Origin: an uncultured Candidatus Poseidoniales archaeon
GTDB lineage: Archaea > Thermoplasmatota > Poseidoniia > Poseidoniales > Poseidoniaceae
Direction of reading: 5' to 3'
Assembly (NCBI GenBank): GCA_902520595.1
Contig: CABYOM010000002.1
Span: forward strand, 434-64,433
DNA length: 64,000 bases
The position numbers and the translations under genes were made by a program. Shown here piece after piece: positions 27,876-36,880 of this stretch (its first letter is position 1; every line of letters begins with the position of its first letter). The notes below the pieces were generated by a model. That model worked only from the letters and a program-made list of their open reading frames with translations, had not been told where the DNA came from and did not search any database.

Positions 27876-28964
27876 ATGTTCATGCGCGATGGGAGGTTTT
27901 GTTCTCTAAAAAGAGACGATAACGCTCTAACGGCAGTGATTGAATTCCTTTCAGCATTTACTTTATTCCTCATGATTCTCACTGCGTTTTTGTCGCTTGC
28001 TCAACTGCAAATGGGTTCCAATGACCCGAATGTCGACCGGATTGACCGTTCTGCAGTTCAGGGGCTCGATCGTTTGACTTCTGATGGGGGATGGTTTGTC
28101 CCGATGGGTTCTGAAGGACTTGATTATGCAAATTCGACCTCAGAATGGCATCTTCACGATGCTGTCGAACTTGATGATGGAAGGGTTCAAACTGGCTTGG
28201 TAAAAGATGGAATTCTTGACCACCAACGGATTGCTGCTTTGCATAATGTTTCCGAAGAAAACATGGCCTTAGGTCTTGGGCTTGATGAGGGATACACCCT
28301 GTTCTTGTCCATTGAAGTCATCGAATCGCAGAATACCTCACGGATAGGTGTCGAACTCTTTTCTGGCGGCACAGAGCGCTCTACAGCACCAGCATCTTCA
28401 AACGCTCATAGACAATTTTCCCAAGAGGGTGAAATTCTTCAAGTAATTTTTGAAGTCCACAAAGGTGGAAAGAAAAACAACGACCTACATTTGACAGAGA
28501 TTATGGTTCGTCCGAGTTCCTCAGGACCCGAATGGATTGAAATCTATAATCCGAATGACTTCGCTCTTTCATTGCGCGGATGGTCGCTCAACCACTCCTC
28601 TTCTTCAAGTGCAAATAATCTCCTTTTGAAAGAGGGAGTAATCTCTGGCCATTCGACGATCCTCTTATCAGGGGACTCACTCTCTCAAGACACAGGCAAT
28701 GCTTCACAAGTCATCGACTTATCTCAAGAGTCTTTCCTTGGTGTTGGTTCTATCAATCTTCTTGCGGATGGCAGAGGCACCCTTTCTTTGCGTTATACGC
28801 AAGTTTACGAAGCACAGCCGTATGATGTAATGGTCGTCGAATGGGGTGGTGATACTGGTTTATTCATGTCCTTGGGTCAATCGCTGAGTGCGACTCGTAC
28901 TCTTGATGGTGTTGGAGCGAATTGGGACGTGAATGCAAACCCCACACCAGGCGATTATCTTTGA
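27876..28964 (+). CDS. membrane-anchored protein with lamin-tail-domain (LTD)-like C-terminal domain
   Basis: N-terminal hydrophobic anchor NALTAVIEFLSAFTLFLMILTAFLS, resembling archaeal pilin-like N-termini. The segment LHLTEIMVRPSSSGPEWIEIYNPNDFALSLRGWSLNH matches the LTD core (i.EI.y.P.....EWIEiyN......L.GW.L.d). The start may be TTG 27855, ATG 27876 or ATG 27882. Confidence 0.5.
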   Translation: MFMRDGRFCSLKRDDNALTAVIEFLSAFTLFLMILTAFLSLAQLQMGSNDPNVDRIDRSAVQGLDRLTSDGGWFVPMGSEGLDYANSTSEWHLHDAVELDDGRVQTGLVKDGILDHQRIAALHNVSEENMALGLGLDEGYTLFLSIEVIESQNTSRIGVELFSGGTERSTAPASSNAHRQFSQEGEILQVIFEVHKGGKKNNDLHLTEIMVRPSSSGPEWIEIYNPNDFALSLRGWSLNHSSSSSANNLLLKEGVISGHSTILLSGDSLSQDTGNASQVIDLSQESFLGVGSINLLADGRGTLSLRYTQVYEAQPYDVMVVEWGGDTGLFMSLGQSLSATRTLDGVGANWDVNANPTPGDYL

Positions 28965-29040
28965 AGACCTCTTCAATAAATCCGACCTCCATTTAGCGGA
29001 TGCTTCATGAACCACTGGCCACTGGTCTGTACAGATTCCC

Positions 29041-29829
29041 ATGCAGTCGACTTCAGTTTACACCCGTGACCGCTGTATAACCGGCATTCATGGATTGGAT
29101 GAAATCCTTCGTGGAGGCATACCTCATGGTTCCACCGTGCTCGCTGCAGGAACCTGTGGATCTGGTAAGACAACCCTCGCCATGGAGTTTCTCGTTCGTG
29201 GAGCATTGGCAAAATTACCCGAATCATGCGCACACTTTACCGCTACCGAGCCTTCCATCAAATTACTTGAAAACATCCGTCAGTATGCTTTTTTCGATAT
29301 GAAAATGGTTGATTCTGGTAAAATCAACGTGTTTGACATGGACGTTTTGTATTCATGGCTCGGTTTAGACAAAGCATCTTTTGACCTTGATGATGTTCAC
29401 GCATTGATTAAAGCGATTATCAATATCGTTCATGAAATTGGAGCAACTCGCTTAGTGATTGACTCGGTCACGACCCTATGTTACAAGATTAAGTCTGAAC
29501 AATTAATCCGTGATTTCCTCTTCACGCTAGGAAAGAAATTGGCTTCGCTAGGATGTACAACCATCTTGATTTCGGAAATCACGTCAGCTACAGAGAATGC
29601 ACACTGGTCTTCCTTCGGTGTTGAAGAAGCAATTGCTGATGGCATTATTGTAATGGGGGATGTAGAGCGAATGGGCCACTTGTTGCGATTCCTCCAAGTG
29701 GTCAAGATGCGAGGAACTGCTCACAGCCGAGCCAAGCACGCCATTGAACTGACGCCATTAGGAGTCATGCTCACGCCAATGCTCAAGTGGGGCGCTCAGC
29801 ATGATAAAACCAACAAAGTAGGTGCTTGA
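29041..29829 (+). CDS. KaiC-like RecA-superfamily ATPase (single KaiC domain, intact P-loop)
   Basis: TGIHGLDEILRGGIPHGSTVLAAGTCGSGKTTLAMEF matches the KaiC/RadA-type GxPGLDe.LgGG.p.gs..l..G.pGtGKT signature. The Walker B-like segment is RLVIDSVTTL. Confidence 0.75.
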   Translation: MQSTSVYTRDRCITGIHGLDEILRGGIPHGSTVLAAGTCGSGKTTLAMEFLVRGALAKLPESCAHFTATEPSIKLLENIRQYAFFDMKMVDSGKINVFDMDVLYSWLGLDKASFDLDDVHALIKAIINIVHEIGATRLVIDSVTTLCYKIKSEQLIRDFLFTLGKKLASLGCTTILISEITSATENAHWSSFGVEEAIADGIIVMGDVERMGHLLRFLQVVKMRGTAHSRAKHAIELTPLGVMLTPMLKWGAQHDKTNKVGA

Positions 29830-29830
29830 C

Positions 29831-30436
29831 ATGTATTCAAACCTCACTCTTGATGACCGAATTGCTGAACAATTGGCAATCGATGTCAGCCTCAGCAGTG
29901 CGATTCAGGTTCGCTTTGGCAATTCGAATGCCTTCAATGTCACTGCCAGTACCTTGGTTCCTCTAATGAGGGACCATGAGATGGGTGGCGTTTACATCTG
30001 TGCAAGTGTAGGTGCTGCAGAACGGATTGAGGAATTCAAATCCATCGGACTTTCAGACGAATATATTTCTCGAATTCAGTTTATTGATTTGGTTTCTTCA
30101 GGTATTCTCGGCGGAACCGACGTAGAATATTCGAATATTCATTTCGTCGATAGCCCAATTATGCTTGAATCGGTACTTCTTCGCACCTTGTATATCCTAC
30201 GCATGACAACGTCCGTTCGTAATTTCGTATTCTTGGACAGCGTTAATGCATTGGCTATCTATAACGATGAGCGAATGCTTGCTGAATATCTTCACACGTT
30301 CATCAATACATTCCGTCAAAGAGAAGTTCTATCGGTCATTCTCAATGTTCCAGATCAGACTCCACCGTTGGTTCTTGCGAATCTTGACTTGTATTGCACG
30401 GACTTGATTGATAGAGGTCAAGTTTTGATTAATTGA
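29831..30436 (+). CDS. KaiC-like domain protein lacking a P-loop (degenerate paralogue)
   Basis: Its ATG lies 2 nt after the stop of the preceding KaiC-like gene, with AGGTG 9 nt upstream. It retains KaiC C-terminal-half features (VFLDSVNALAIY, Walker-B-like), but the region where the P-loop should be reads GGVYICASVGAAE. Confidence 0.45.
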   Translation: MYSNLTLDDRIAEQLAIDVSLSSAIQVRFGNSNAFNVTASTLVPLMRDHEMGGVYICASVGAAERIEEFKSIGLSDEYISRIQFIDLVSSGILGGTDVEYSNIHFVDSPIMLESVLLRTLYILRMTTSVRNFVFLDSVNALAIYNDERMLAEYLHTFINTFRQREVLSVILNVPDQTPPLVLANLDLYCTDLIDRGQVLIN

Positions 30437-30446
30437 GGTGTTCTAA

Positions 30447-31250
30447 ATGGCTCGTAAAATTGAATTTGACCCTGAAGATGAAGAGTTCTTCGGGAAAGTA
30501 GGCTCTTTCGGCGTTCCGAAATTCGATAATGAAATGCATGGAGGCGTTCCTCGTGGGTTCATGATGGTGGCTTTTACCGACACGGGTTCAGGAAGCGAAT
30601 TATTTGCCAAGCAATTCACTTCACCTGCCGAAGAGGCTGAAAACACATTATACATTTCTACGAATGAAGGCCAGCAAGAAATTATTCGCATTTTTCAGAA
30701 ATACAGTTGGCCTCTTGATATTAGCGTTCGAACGATTGGAGAAGAATACAACTCGACTGTGCTTGAACGAGAACTTCTCGCTAGCCGTTATCGACTCGAA
30801 GGTTTCCGCCTAGACGACATCCGTCGCCTCGCTCAAACTCGATTTGTAGACGATAATACTCAAGATTATTTGACAGAAGTCACCAACGAAGTAATGGCAC
30901 TCGGGCCTTACTTTAGAGCAGTCATCGACAGTCTGGATTTTTTCTTGCAACGTGAAGACCCTTCCCGTGTCGTCGCCATGGTTCGTATGCTCCAAGCACA
31001 TGCACAACTCAATCGAGGTCTTTTGCTTGTTTCAGTTTCTACCAACGGTCTTGACCCTATTGTTAAGCAAGAATTAGCATCTATTGCAGACATGGTTCTT
31101 TCATTCCAGGTCCGAACTATAGGTACTGATTTTGAAACTTCTATGATCGTTTCGAAATTCCGTAACGCTCCTGAAAATTTGAAAATCCTCGTCTTCCGAG
31201 TTACTCCTGAAGAAGGAATCACACCAGAAACCGTCGAACGTATCGCTTGA
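30447..31250 (+). CDS. KaiC-like pseudo-ATPase (P-loop Lys lost)
   Basis: GVPKFDNEMHGGVPRGFMMVAFTDTGSGSELFAKQF aligns with the KaiC N-terminal signature, but GTGKT is replaced by GSGSE. The Walker-B-like segment RAVIDSLDFF is retained. The Shine-Dalgarno sequence is AGGTG. Confidence 0.55.
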   Translation: MARKIEFDPEDEEFFGKVGSFGVPKFDNEMHGGVPRGFMMVAFTDTGSGSELFAKQFTSPAEEAENTLYISTNEGQQEIIRIFQKYSWPLDISVRTIGEEYNSTVLERELLASRYRLEGFRLDDIRRLAQTRFVDDNTQDYLTEVTNEVMALGPYFRAVIDSLDFFLQREDPSRVVAMVRMLQAHAQLNRGLLLVSVSTNGLDPIVKQELASIADMVLSFQVRTIGTDFETSMIVSKFRNAPENLKILVFRVTPEEGITPETVERIA

Positions 31251-31337
31251 TACGCTTGTTGCGAGTGCGAGGATGCGCCTAATATAGCGATGAAATTTTG
31301 GCGACATATCCAAAGAGGTCGGGTGTGACGAAGCCTC

Positions 31338-32087
31338 ATGGGCGACCGAGCAGCAACTGGCGGTTACGACCCTTCAGGTATCGATATCGATGCGTGGGAG
31401 AAACTGGAGTTGCAACTTGAAGAAACGATTCCGAACTACGACCGCGTAAATCGTTTGATGACTTTTGGCCAGGATAAGCGTTGGCGACGAAACGTTCGAA
31501 ACCACGCTACTCCTGGAATGAAAGTTCTTGAAGTTGGCTGCGGTCCTGGTTCATTTGCCGAAGACCTTGTGGGATTGGACGTCACCTGCCTTGATCCTTC
31601 CTCAGAGATGTTGAAGGTAGCGAAAAAGCGAGTTGATGCTGCGCGAGCCAGTCGTGGTGAGCAACCAGCACATTACATCGAGGCCATTGCCGAATCAATA
31701 CCCTGTGAAGAGAATACTTTTGACATGGTTTTCTGTCTTTTTTCATTCCGTGATTTTCAAGATAAGAGAAAAGGATTGACCGAGATTCTGCGCGTTCTAA
31801 AACCCGGTGGCCGACTGGTAATTTGTGATGCAGGAAAAGCGAATTGGTTTCACGGTCTTGGTGGGCGAATTTGGATGGCAACGGCCGTTCAATGGATTGC
31901 ACGCTACGTCACCAAAGAGAAGAACCACCCGTGGAAAGGCCTTGCCAATACGTATACTCAGTATGGGACAAATGGGTATTATCGAAAGATGATGAAAGAA
32001 GTCGGATTTGATGATGTTCAAGGGCGACTTTTGATGCCTTTTATGATGTCAAGTCGGTTCAGAGGCACCAAGCCAAAAAAGAAGTAA
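31338..32087 (+). CDS. class I SAM-dependent methyltransferase, UbiE/MenG-like
   Basis: YDRVNRLMTFGQDKRWRRNV resembles the UbiE N-terminal block. Motif I is VLEVGCGPGSF, and motif post-I is LDVTCLD. Confidence 0.65.
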   Translation: MGDRAATGGYDPSGIDIDAWEKLELQLEETIPNYDRVNRLMTFGQDKRWRRNVRNHATPGMKVLEVGCGPGSFAEDLVGLDVTCLDPSSEMLKVAKKRVDAARASRGEQPAHYIEAIAESIPCEENTFDMVFCLFSFRDFQDKRKGLTEILRVLKPGGRLVICDAGKANWFHGLGGRIWMATAVQWIARYVTKEKNHPWKGLANTYTQYGTNGYYRKMMKEVGFDDVQGRLLMPFMMSSRFRGTKPKKK

Positions 32088-32181
32088 AATCAATGCATTG
32101 CGCTTAATCAGCCCATTCTTTTGCCCCATTAGCCTCATAAACCTCTTGCCAGTGCGAAGAATATTGGTGATTTACTTGGGT

Positions 32182-32493
32182 ATGAAAGATGTCCTCCGAA
32201 AAATCAAAGAAGCCGAGCAGTCTGCTGAAAAGCGACTTTCCTCTGCTCAAACAGAATCCGGAAAAATTACTGCAGATGCTCGAAAAGAGGCTGCAGCACT
32301 TGTAAGCGGCGCTACAGAAGAATCAGTTGCTGAGACACAAGCTACGCTTGATGCCGCACGCACAAAAGCCGGTAAAGAGGCGGACGCTGTTCTCAAAGAA
32401 GGTGCTTCTGAGATCGAATCAATAGAATCATCTGCATCCAGTCGAAAAGAAAAGGCAGTCAAGAATTTACTTGACGCAGTATCATCACAGTGA
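32182..32493 (+). CDS. atpH: A-type ATP synthase subunit H
   Basis: 104-aa alanine/lysine/glutamate-rich helical protein (MKDVLRKIKEAEQSAEKRL...) at the first position of the canonical ahaHIKECFABD order. Confidence 0.7.
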   Translation: MKDVLRKIKEAEQSAEKRLSSAQTESGKITADARKEAAALVSGATEESVAETQATLDAARTKAGKEADAVLKEGASEIESIESSASSRKEKAVKNLLDAVSSQ

Positions 32494-32503
32494 GGTGTTT
32501 TCC

Positions 32504-34849
32504 ATGTTTGCTACTTCTGAGATGTCCCGTCTTACAGTAGCAGGCTCTGTCGAAAAAATGGAAGAAGTTCTTCGACTATGCACCGAACTTTCCTGCGTCC
32601 ACATTCAAGAATACGGACGATTTGAAGACGGAATTAACGTCGGCAAATCAATGGATTCTGATGAGGCAAATGCAATCAGTAACTTGCTTGTTAAAGTTCA
32701 AGCAGTTTCTTCTTCGGTTCTAGCAGTCAACACTGATGGTGCTATGTCGCACGCCGAAGTTTCAAAACTCGTTGAAGGATTTGAAGAAAAAATAACCACT
32801 GCTCTGTCCTACATCGATACTATCCGTGATGCAGAGTCAACAATTTCCTCCTCCCAAGAACAACATCATGTCCTCAGCCGACTCGCACCTCTCGACCTCC
32901 CTCTTGAACTGATGAGCGGATACGGTGGTGTCGAAGTATTCGTTGGAGAAACTCGAAGAGCCTCGAAAGCAAACGAAGTCTTCTCTGAAATCCGCTCGGA
33001 AATCGAACTTCACGCTGCTGGAGGTCTAATTGCAGTTGCATGCCGCCCTGAGCACTCTGCTGAAGTTCAAATCGGCATGGCAGAACTTGGCTCAAAGCCT
33101 GTTCAAATCCCTGCTGGAGAAGGCTCACCCGCTGAAAAAGCAGAAGCACTGTCTCAAGAAATTACTCGCTTGGAATCAAAGATTGCCGAAACCCAGGATG
33201 ATCTTGACGCCTGGGCAGTTGAACACGGCCGAAATTTAGTTGCAGTCGAGGAATATCTCGTTCGCGAGGCAGCAATTTTTACTGCTCCAACATTAATGGC
33301 AGTGAGTAACCAGGCATTCGCATTGGATGGTTGGGTTCCTACCGACCAAGCAGATGCGGTCCAATCTCGATTGTCAAAGGTCGCCTCTCACGTTAGCATC
33401 GAAGCCTACGAAGGTGGACATCACCATCATGAAGAGCATGCAGACGATGGTCATTCTGACCCTGAAGAACTGGTTATGCTTTCCAACTATCTTCATAAAT
33501 CGAATCAATCGATTTTCCAGTTTTTCAAAGCAATCGATTTGGATGATTCAGGCCTCATTGACTGTTACGAATTCCAAAAGGCACTCAAGAACGCAGACAT
33601 TGCCAATCTCCCTCCATGGGAAATGGGTAAACTCGTTTCCGCAGTCGATCTCGACGGCGATGGTAAGATCAACCTTCCCGAACTTGACATTTCGCTTACT
33701 CGAATTCGTAATGCTCCTTCACACGACGATCATCCCGAGCCAGAGCCTCCGATTCAATACACGAACGGGTCTACCTCTGAACCGTTTGAACTGATGGTTG
33801 ACTTGGTTGGCCGTCCAAAATACGGAACTTTCGATCCGACCATGCTCATGATGATGACATTCCCATTCATCTACGGCATGATTTTGGGAGACTGGGGCTA
33901 CGGTATCGTCCTCTTGCTTTTGGCAGGATGGCTTGGTAGCAAAGCCTTCGCTGTTGACCCGATGGCCCAAAAAGGACTTACTATCCTGCGATGGATGGGC
34001 GTTTGGTGTATCATCTGGGGTATTGTTTTCGCTGAAGGATTTGGCTTTGTATGGGATAATACCGGTCAAATGGGTACTGATTCACCGTTCAACGGTTTTT
34101 ATGAATGGACATATGCAAACGTCCATGTCCCTGAAGTTCTGGCTGACTTACTGAATCTTGGAGGCCTTCACATGCCTTTCCACCGAGCATCTGCTGGACA
34201 CGGACTACAGGAATATGTTGTTCTCTCTGTTTACCTCGGAGCCATCCACATCTTCTTGGGCTACATTCTCGGCTTGGTCAATGTATTCAGAGCACATGGC
34301 GCAGCAGCAGCATACTTCGAAAAAGGCTCTTGGATTCTCATTCTCATAGGTGGATTTATGCAGTGCAGAAACATGGTCTCAGGCTACAATGATTTGTTTG
34401 AATTCCAAATTTGGACGGTCCTGCTTATCGTTGGTATAATCAGTCTCATAATCGGATTGGCCATCTTTGAAAAGTTTGGCTGGGCTGGAGGTCTCATCAT
34501 GGGTCCAATCGAAACTTTCGGACTGCTTGCGAACACTCTCTCCTACCTACGTATCATGGCCGTTGGCGTTGCCGGTGTCAAGATTGCAGAAGTATCCATC
34601 ACTATGGGCTTCGAGCCAATGATGGACGCTTTCACCAGCGGAGAAGCCACAGGTATTCTTGTTGGCTTGCTCTGCTTGGTTCTGTTCCTCTTCATCCAAG
34701 TCTTCGCAATCGCTTTGGGAATCCTTTCCCCTACAATTCACGCAGCCCGTCTCCACTTTGTGGAATGGATGGGCAAATTCTACGACGGGTCTGGCAGTGC
34801 ATTTGCACCGCTTGGTGGCCGTAATCTCCATGTGGAGAGTAAATCATAG
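32504..34849 (+). CDS. atpI: A-type ATP synthase subunit I (a-subunit) with EF-hand/His-rich insertion
   Basis: Start MFATSEMSRLTVAG, 10 nt after the atpH stop, with GAGGTG upstream. The conserved block PKYGTFDPTMLMMMTFPFIYGMILGDWGYG and the C-terminal TM helices are present. An extra segment of roughly 130 aa (nt about 33400-33790) contains GGHHHHEEHADDGH and two EF-hand loops. Confidence 0.85.
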   Translation: MFATSEMSRLTVAGSVEKMEEVLRLCTELSCVHIQEYGRFEDGINVGKSMDSDEANAISNLLVKVQAVSSSVLAVNTDGAMSHAEVSKLVEGFEEKITTALSYIDTIRDAESTISSSQEQHHVLSRLAPLDLPLELMSGYGGVEVFVGETRRASKANEVFSEIRSEIELHAAGGLIAVACRPEHSAEVQIGMAELGSKPVQIPAGEGSPAEKAEALSQEITRLESKIAETQDDLDAWAVEHGRNLVAVEEYLVREAAIFTAPTLMAVSNQAFALDGWVPTDQADAVQSRLSKVASHVSIEAYEGGHHHHEEHADDGHSDPEELVMLSNYLHKSNQSIFQFFKAIDLDDSGLIDCYEFQKALKNADIANLPPWEMGKLVSAVDLDGDGKINLPELDISLTRIRNAPSHDDHPEPEPPIQYTNGSTSEPFELMVDLVGRPKYGTFDPTMLMMMTFPFIYGMILGDWGYGIVLLLLAGWLGSKAFAVDPMAQKGLTILRWMGVWCIIWGIVFAEGFGFVWDNTGQMGTDSPFNGFYEWTYANVHVPEVLADLLNLGGLHMPFHRASAGHGLQEYVVLSVYLGAIHIFLGYILGLVNVFRAHGAAAAYFEKGSWILILIGGFMQCRNMVSGYNDLFEFQIWTVLLIVGIISLIIGLAIFEKFGWAGGLIMGPIETFGLLANTLSYLRIMAVGVAGVKIAEVSITMGFEPMMDAFTSGEATGILVGLLCLVLFLFIQVFAIALGILSPTIHAARLHFVEWMGKFYDGSGSAFAPLGGRNLHVESKS

Positions 34850-34879
34850 TCCAACGGACAAAAAACGGAGGTAGTAAAT

Positions 34880-35191
34880 ATGAACGTAAATACCCTAAAA
34901 ATGAGCCTAAGAACACTGATCCTATTGGCAGCCATTACCATGGTTGCTCAAGGGGTCGCAGCAGCCGAAGCAGACGAACTATCGCAATCAGATGGTTCCG
35001 GATATGCAGCAATCGGTGCTGGAATTGCCCTGGGACTTGCAGCAATTGGTGCAGGTCTTTCTCAAGCAGCCATTGGCAGCGCAGCTGTCGGTATGCTTGC
35101 TGAAGACGGAAGCAAATTCGGTGTTGCACTCATTTTCACTGCGTTGCCAGAATCAATTGTGATTCTCGGTGCTTTGCCACTTTTCCTCTGA
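34880..35191 (+). CDS. atpK: A-type ATP synthase subunit K (proteolipid c-subunit, single hairpin) with N-terminal extension
   Basis: GGAGGT Shine-Dalgarno sequence. Gly/Ala-rich helix 1 (AIGAGIALGLAAIGAGLSQAAIGSAAVG). Helix 2 carries the conserved carboxylate in LPESIVILGALPLFL. A presequence of about 35 aa precedes the hairpin. Confidence 0.8.
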   Translation: MNVNTLKMSLRTLILLAAITMVAQGVAAAEADELSQSDGSGYAAIGAGIALGLAAIGAGLSQAAIGSAAVGMLAEDGSKFGVALIFTALPESIVILGALPLFL

Positions 35192-35255
35192 GGAAGAAGG
35201 CAAGAACTCTGGGGCGACCCAGAACGTGAAAAAAATAAACACATGAGGAATATAT

Positions 35256-35819
35256 ATGACGCTTGAAACACTCGCAAAAGATATCGCAAAATCCGCTGAG
35301 GCAGAGGCCTCTGCAATGCTCAAATCCGCCAAGGAAGATGCAAAGGCAATTCTTGCTGATGCAAAATCAAAGGCAGATGGCATTCGCTCGGAAGCATCGG
35401 CTCGCACTGAACGAGAGGCAAATCAAATTGCCCGTGAAGTTGTGGCCAGTGCTCGCCAAGCGAACCAAAAAGAAATTCTCGTTGCTCGACGAAAGGTTCT
35501 CGATGAGACCCTTGAATCTGCGAGCAGTGAACTTGGTAGCCCGAAACTGTCAGGAAGAGCAAGTCTGCTCAAGTCCCTGATGGCGAAAGCTGACAAGATT
35601 GGTGGCAATGATTACTCGATTCGACCAGTCGAACTTGACCGAAAAGCACTTTCTGAATTAGCCGGAAAGCGCAAGGTTGGTGAAGCAATAGACGGCCTTG
35701 GTGGTTTTGTTCTTGAATCACCAGATGGTTCAGTTTCTTACGACATGCGCTTTGACACACTGCTTGAAAGTTCTTGGAATGCACAACTCGCTGAAATTAA
35801 TTCAATACTTTTTGACTGA
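35256..35819 (+). CDS. atpE: A-type ATP synthase subunit E
   Basis: The A/K/E-rich helical N-terminus and globular C-terminus are typical of subunit E. Its position follows K. Confidence 0.75.
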   Translation: MTLETLAKDIAKSAEAEASAMLKSAKEDAKAILADAKSKADGIRSEASARTEREANQIAREVVASARQANQKEILVARRKVLDETLESASSELGSPKLSGRASLLKSLMAKADKIGGNDYSIRPVELDRKALSELAGKRKVGEAIDGLGGFVLESPDGSVSYDMRFDTLLESSWNAQLAEINSILFD

Positions 35820-35825
35820 GGGATA

Positions 35826-36869
35826 ATGATGGTAATGCTTGGAAACACACCTTACGTTGCTGCCCGTGCCAAAGCACGTCGGCAGAAACTTGCGGACCGT
35901 GCTAGGCTACGCCAACTGATTAACCAATCACCTGAACAACTGACCGTTGCGGTCGGTGAAATTGGGTACCGCTCAGAGATTGACATCTATGCGGGCCAGT
36001 TAACCGGTGGAGATTTGGTCGAAGCAGCATTAACCCACAACTTGGAACACGAACTCGAGAACATGCTCTCAATGTGCAACGGAAAAATCCGTAAAATCGT
36101 TGAAACATACACTTCTCGATTCGAGTATTACAATGCTAAAGTGGTTCTACGGGCTGTTGTCAATGAAGTCGACCTCGAGAAGGTATCTCATTCGATTCTT
36201 CCTGAACTGAATGATATCAATACCCCTTGGTTGAAGATCATCGAAAGTGCTGACGATTTGCGCTCTGCTGTCGTTCAGATGCGTCGCAAGTCGTTCGGCC
36301 CTGCTCTTGTTGCAGTTTCCGAAGACGCTCGCCTTTCTGATTATGAAGACGCTCTTGATGTCCATTATTTCAAGAGCGCTTTGGATTCACTGAAAGGTAA
36401 GGGAGCAGATATTCGTTTCCTGAAAGATCTTCTCGGTGCTGAAATTGACCATCGTAACCTCTTGAACATTCTCGAGGCTGAAGCGGTGGGTATTTCTTTT
36501 GATGAAATTGTATCTATGCTTGTCCCTGGCGGACGTATCCTACCTGCTCGTGCTTTCTCTTCGATTGCTGCAGGTGGCAAAGATGCCGCTATGGACCTCT
36601 TGCGTGGCTCAAGCCGTTTTGATTTCCCTGCGTTTGAAGGTGCACTTTCCGCATCAAAAGAGATGAACAGCCTTGACCCTGTTGTGACATGGTTCAAGGA
36701 ACGAGAACATGCTATTATGAAGCGAATGAGCTTCCTCCATCCAGTATCAGCACTACCGGTTGTTCACTATGTGGCCATGAAGGTCCAAGAAGTGAACGAT
36801 CTCCGCTTTATCGTTCGTGGGCGGCTTGCTGGATTGTCTGTTGAAGTGCTTGAAGCGCATATTTTGTGA
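35826..36869 (+). CDS. atpC: A-type ATP synthase subunit C
   Basis: About 345-aa helical protein between E and F. The N-terminus NTPYVAARAKARRQKL is typical of subunit C (d-subunit homologue). Confidence 0.75.
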   Translation: MMVMLGNTPYVAARAKARRQKLADRARLRQLINQSPEQLTVAVGEIGYRSEIDIYAGQLTGGDLVEAALTHNLEHELENMLSMCNGKIRKIVETYTSRFEYYNAKVVLRAVVNEVDLEKVSHSILPELNDINTPWLKIIESADDLRSAVVQMRRKSFGPALVAVSEDARLSDYEDALDVHYFKSALDSLKGKGADIRFLKDLLGAEIDHRNLLNILEAEAVGISFDEIVSMLVPGGRILPARAFSSIAAGGKDAAMDLLRGSSRFDFPAFEGALSASKEMNSLDPVVTWFKEREHAIMKRMSFLHPVSALPVVHYVAMKVQEVNDLRFIVRGRLAGLSVEVLEAHIL

Positions 36870-36880
36870 GGTGAAGAAGT

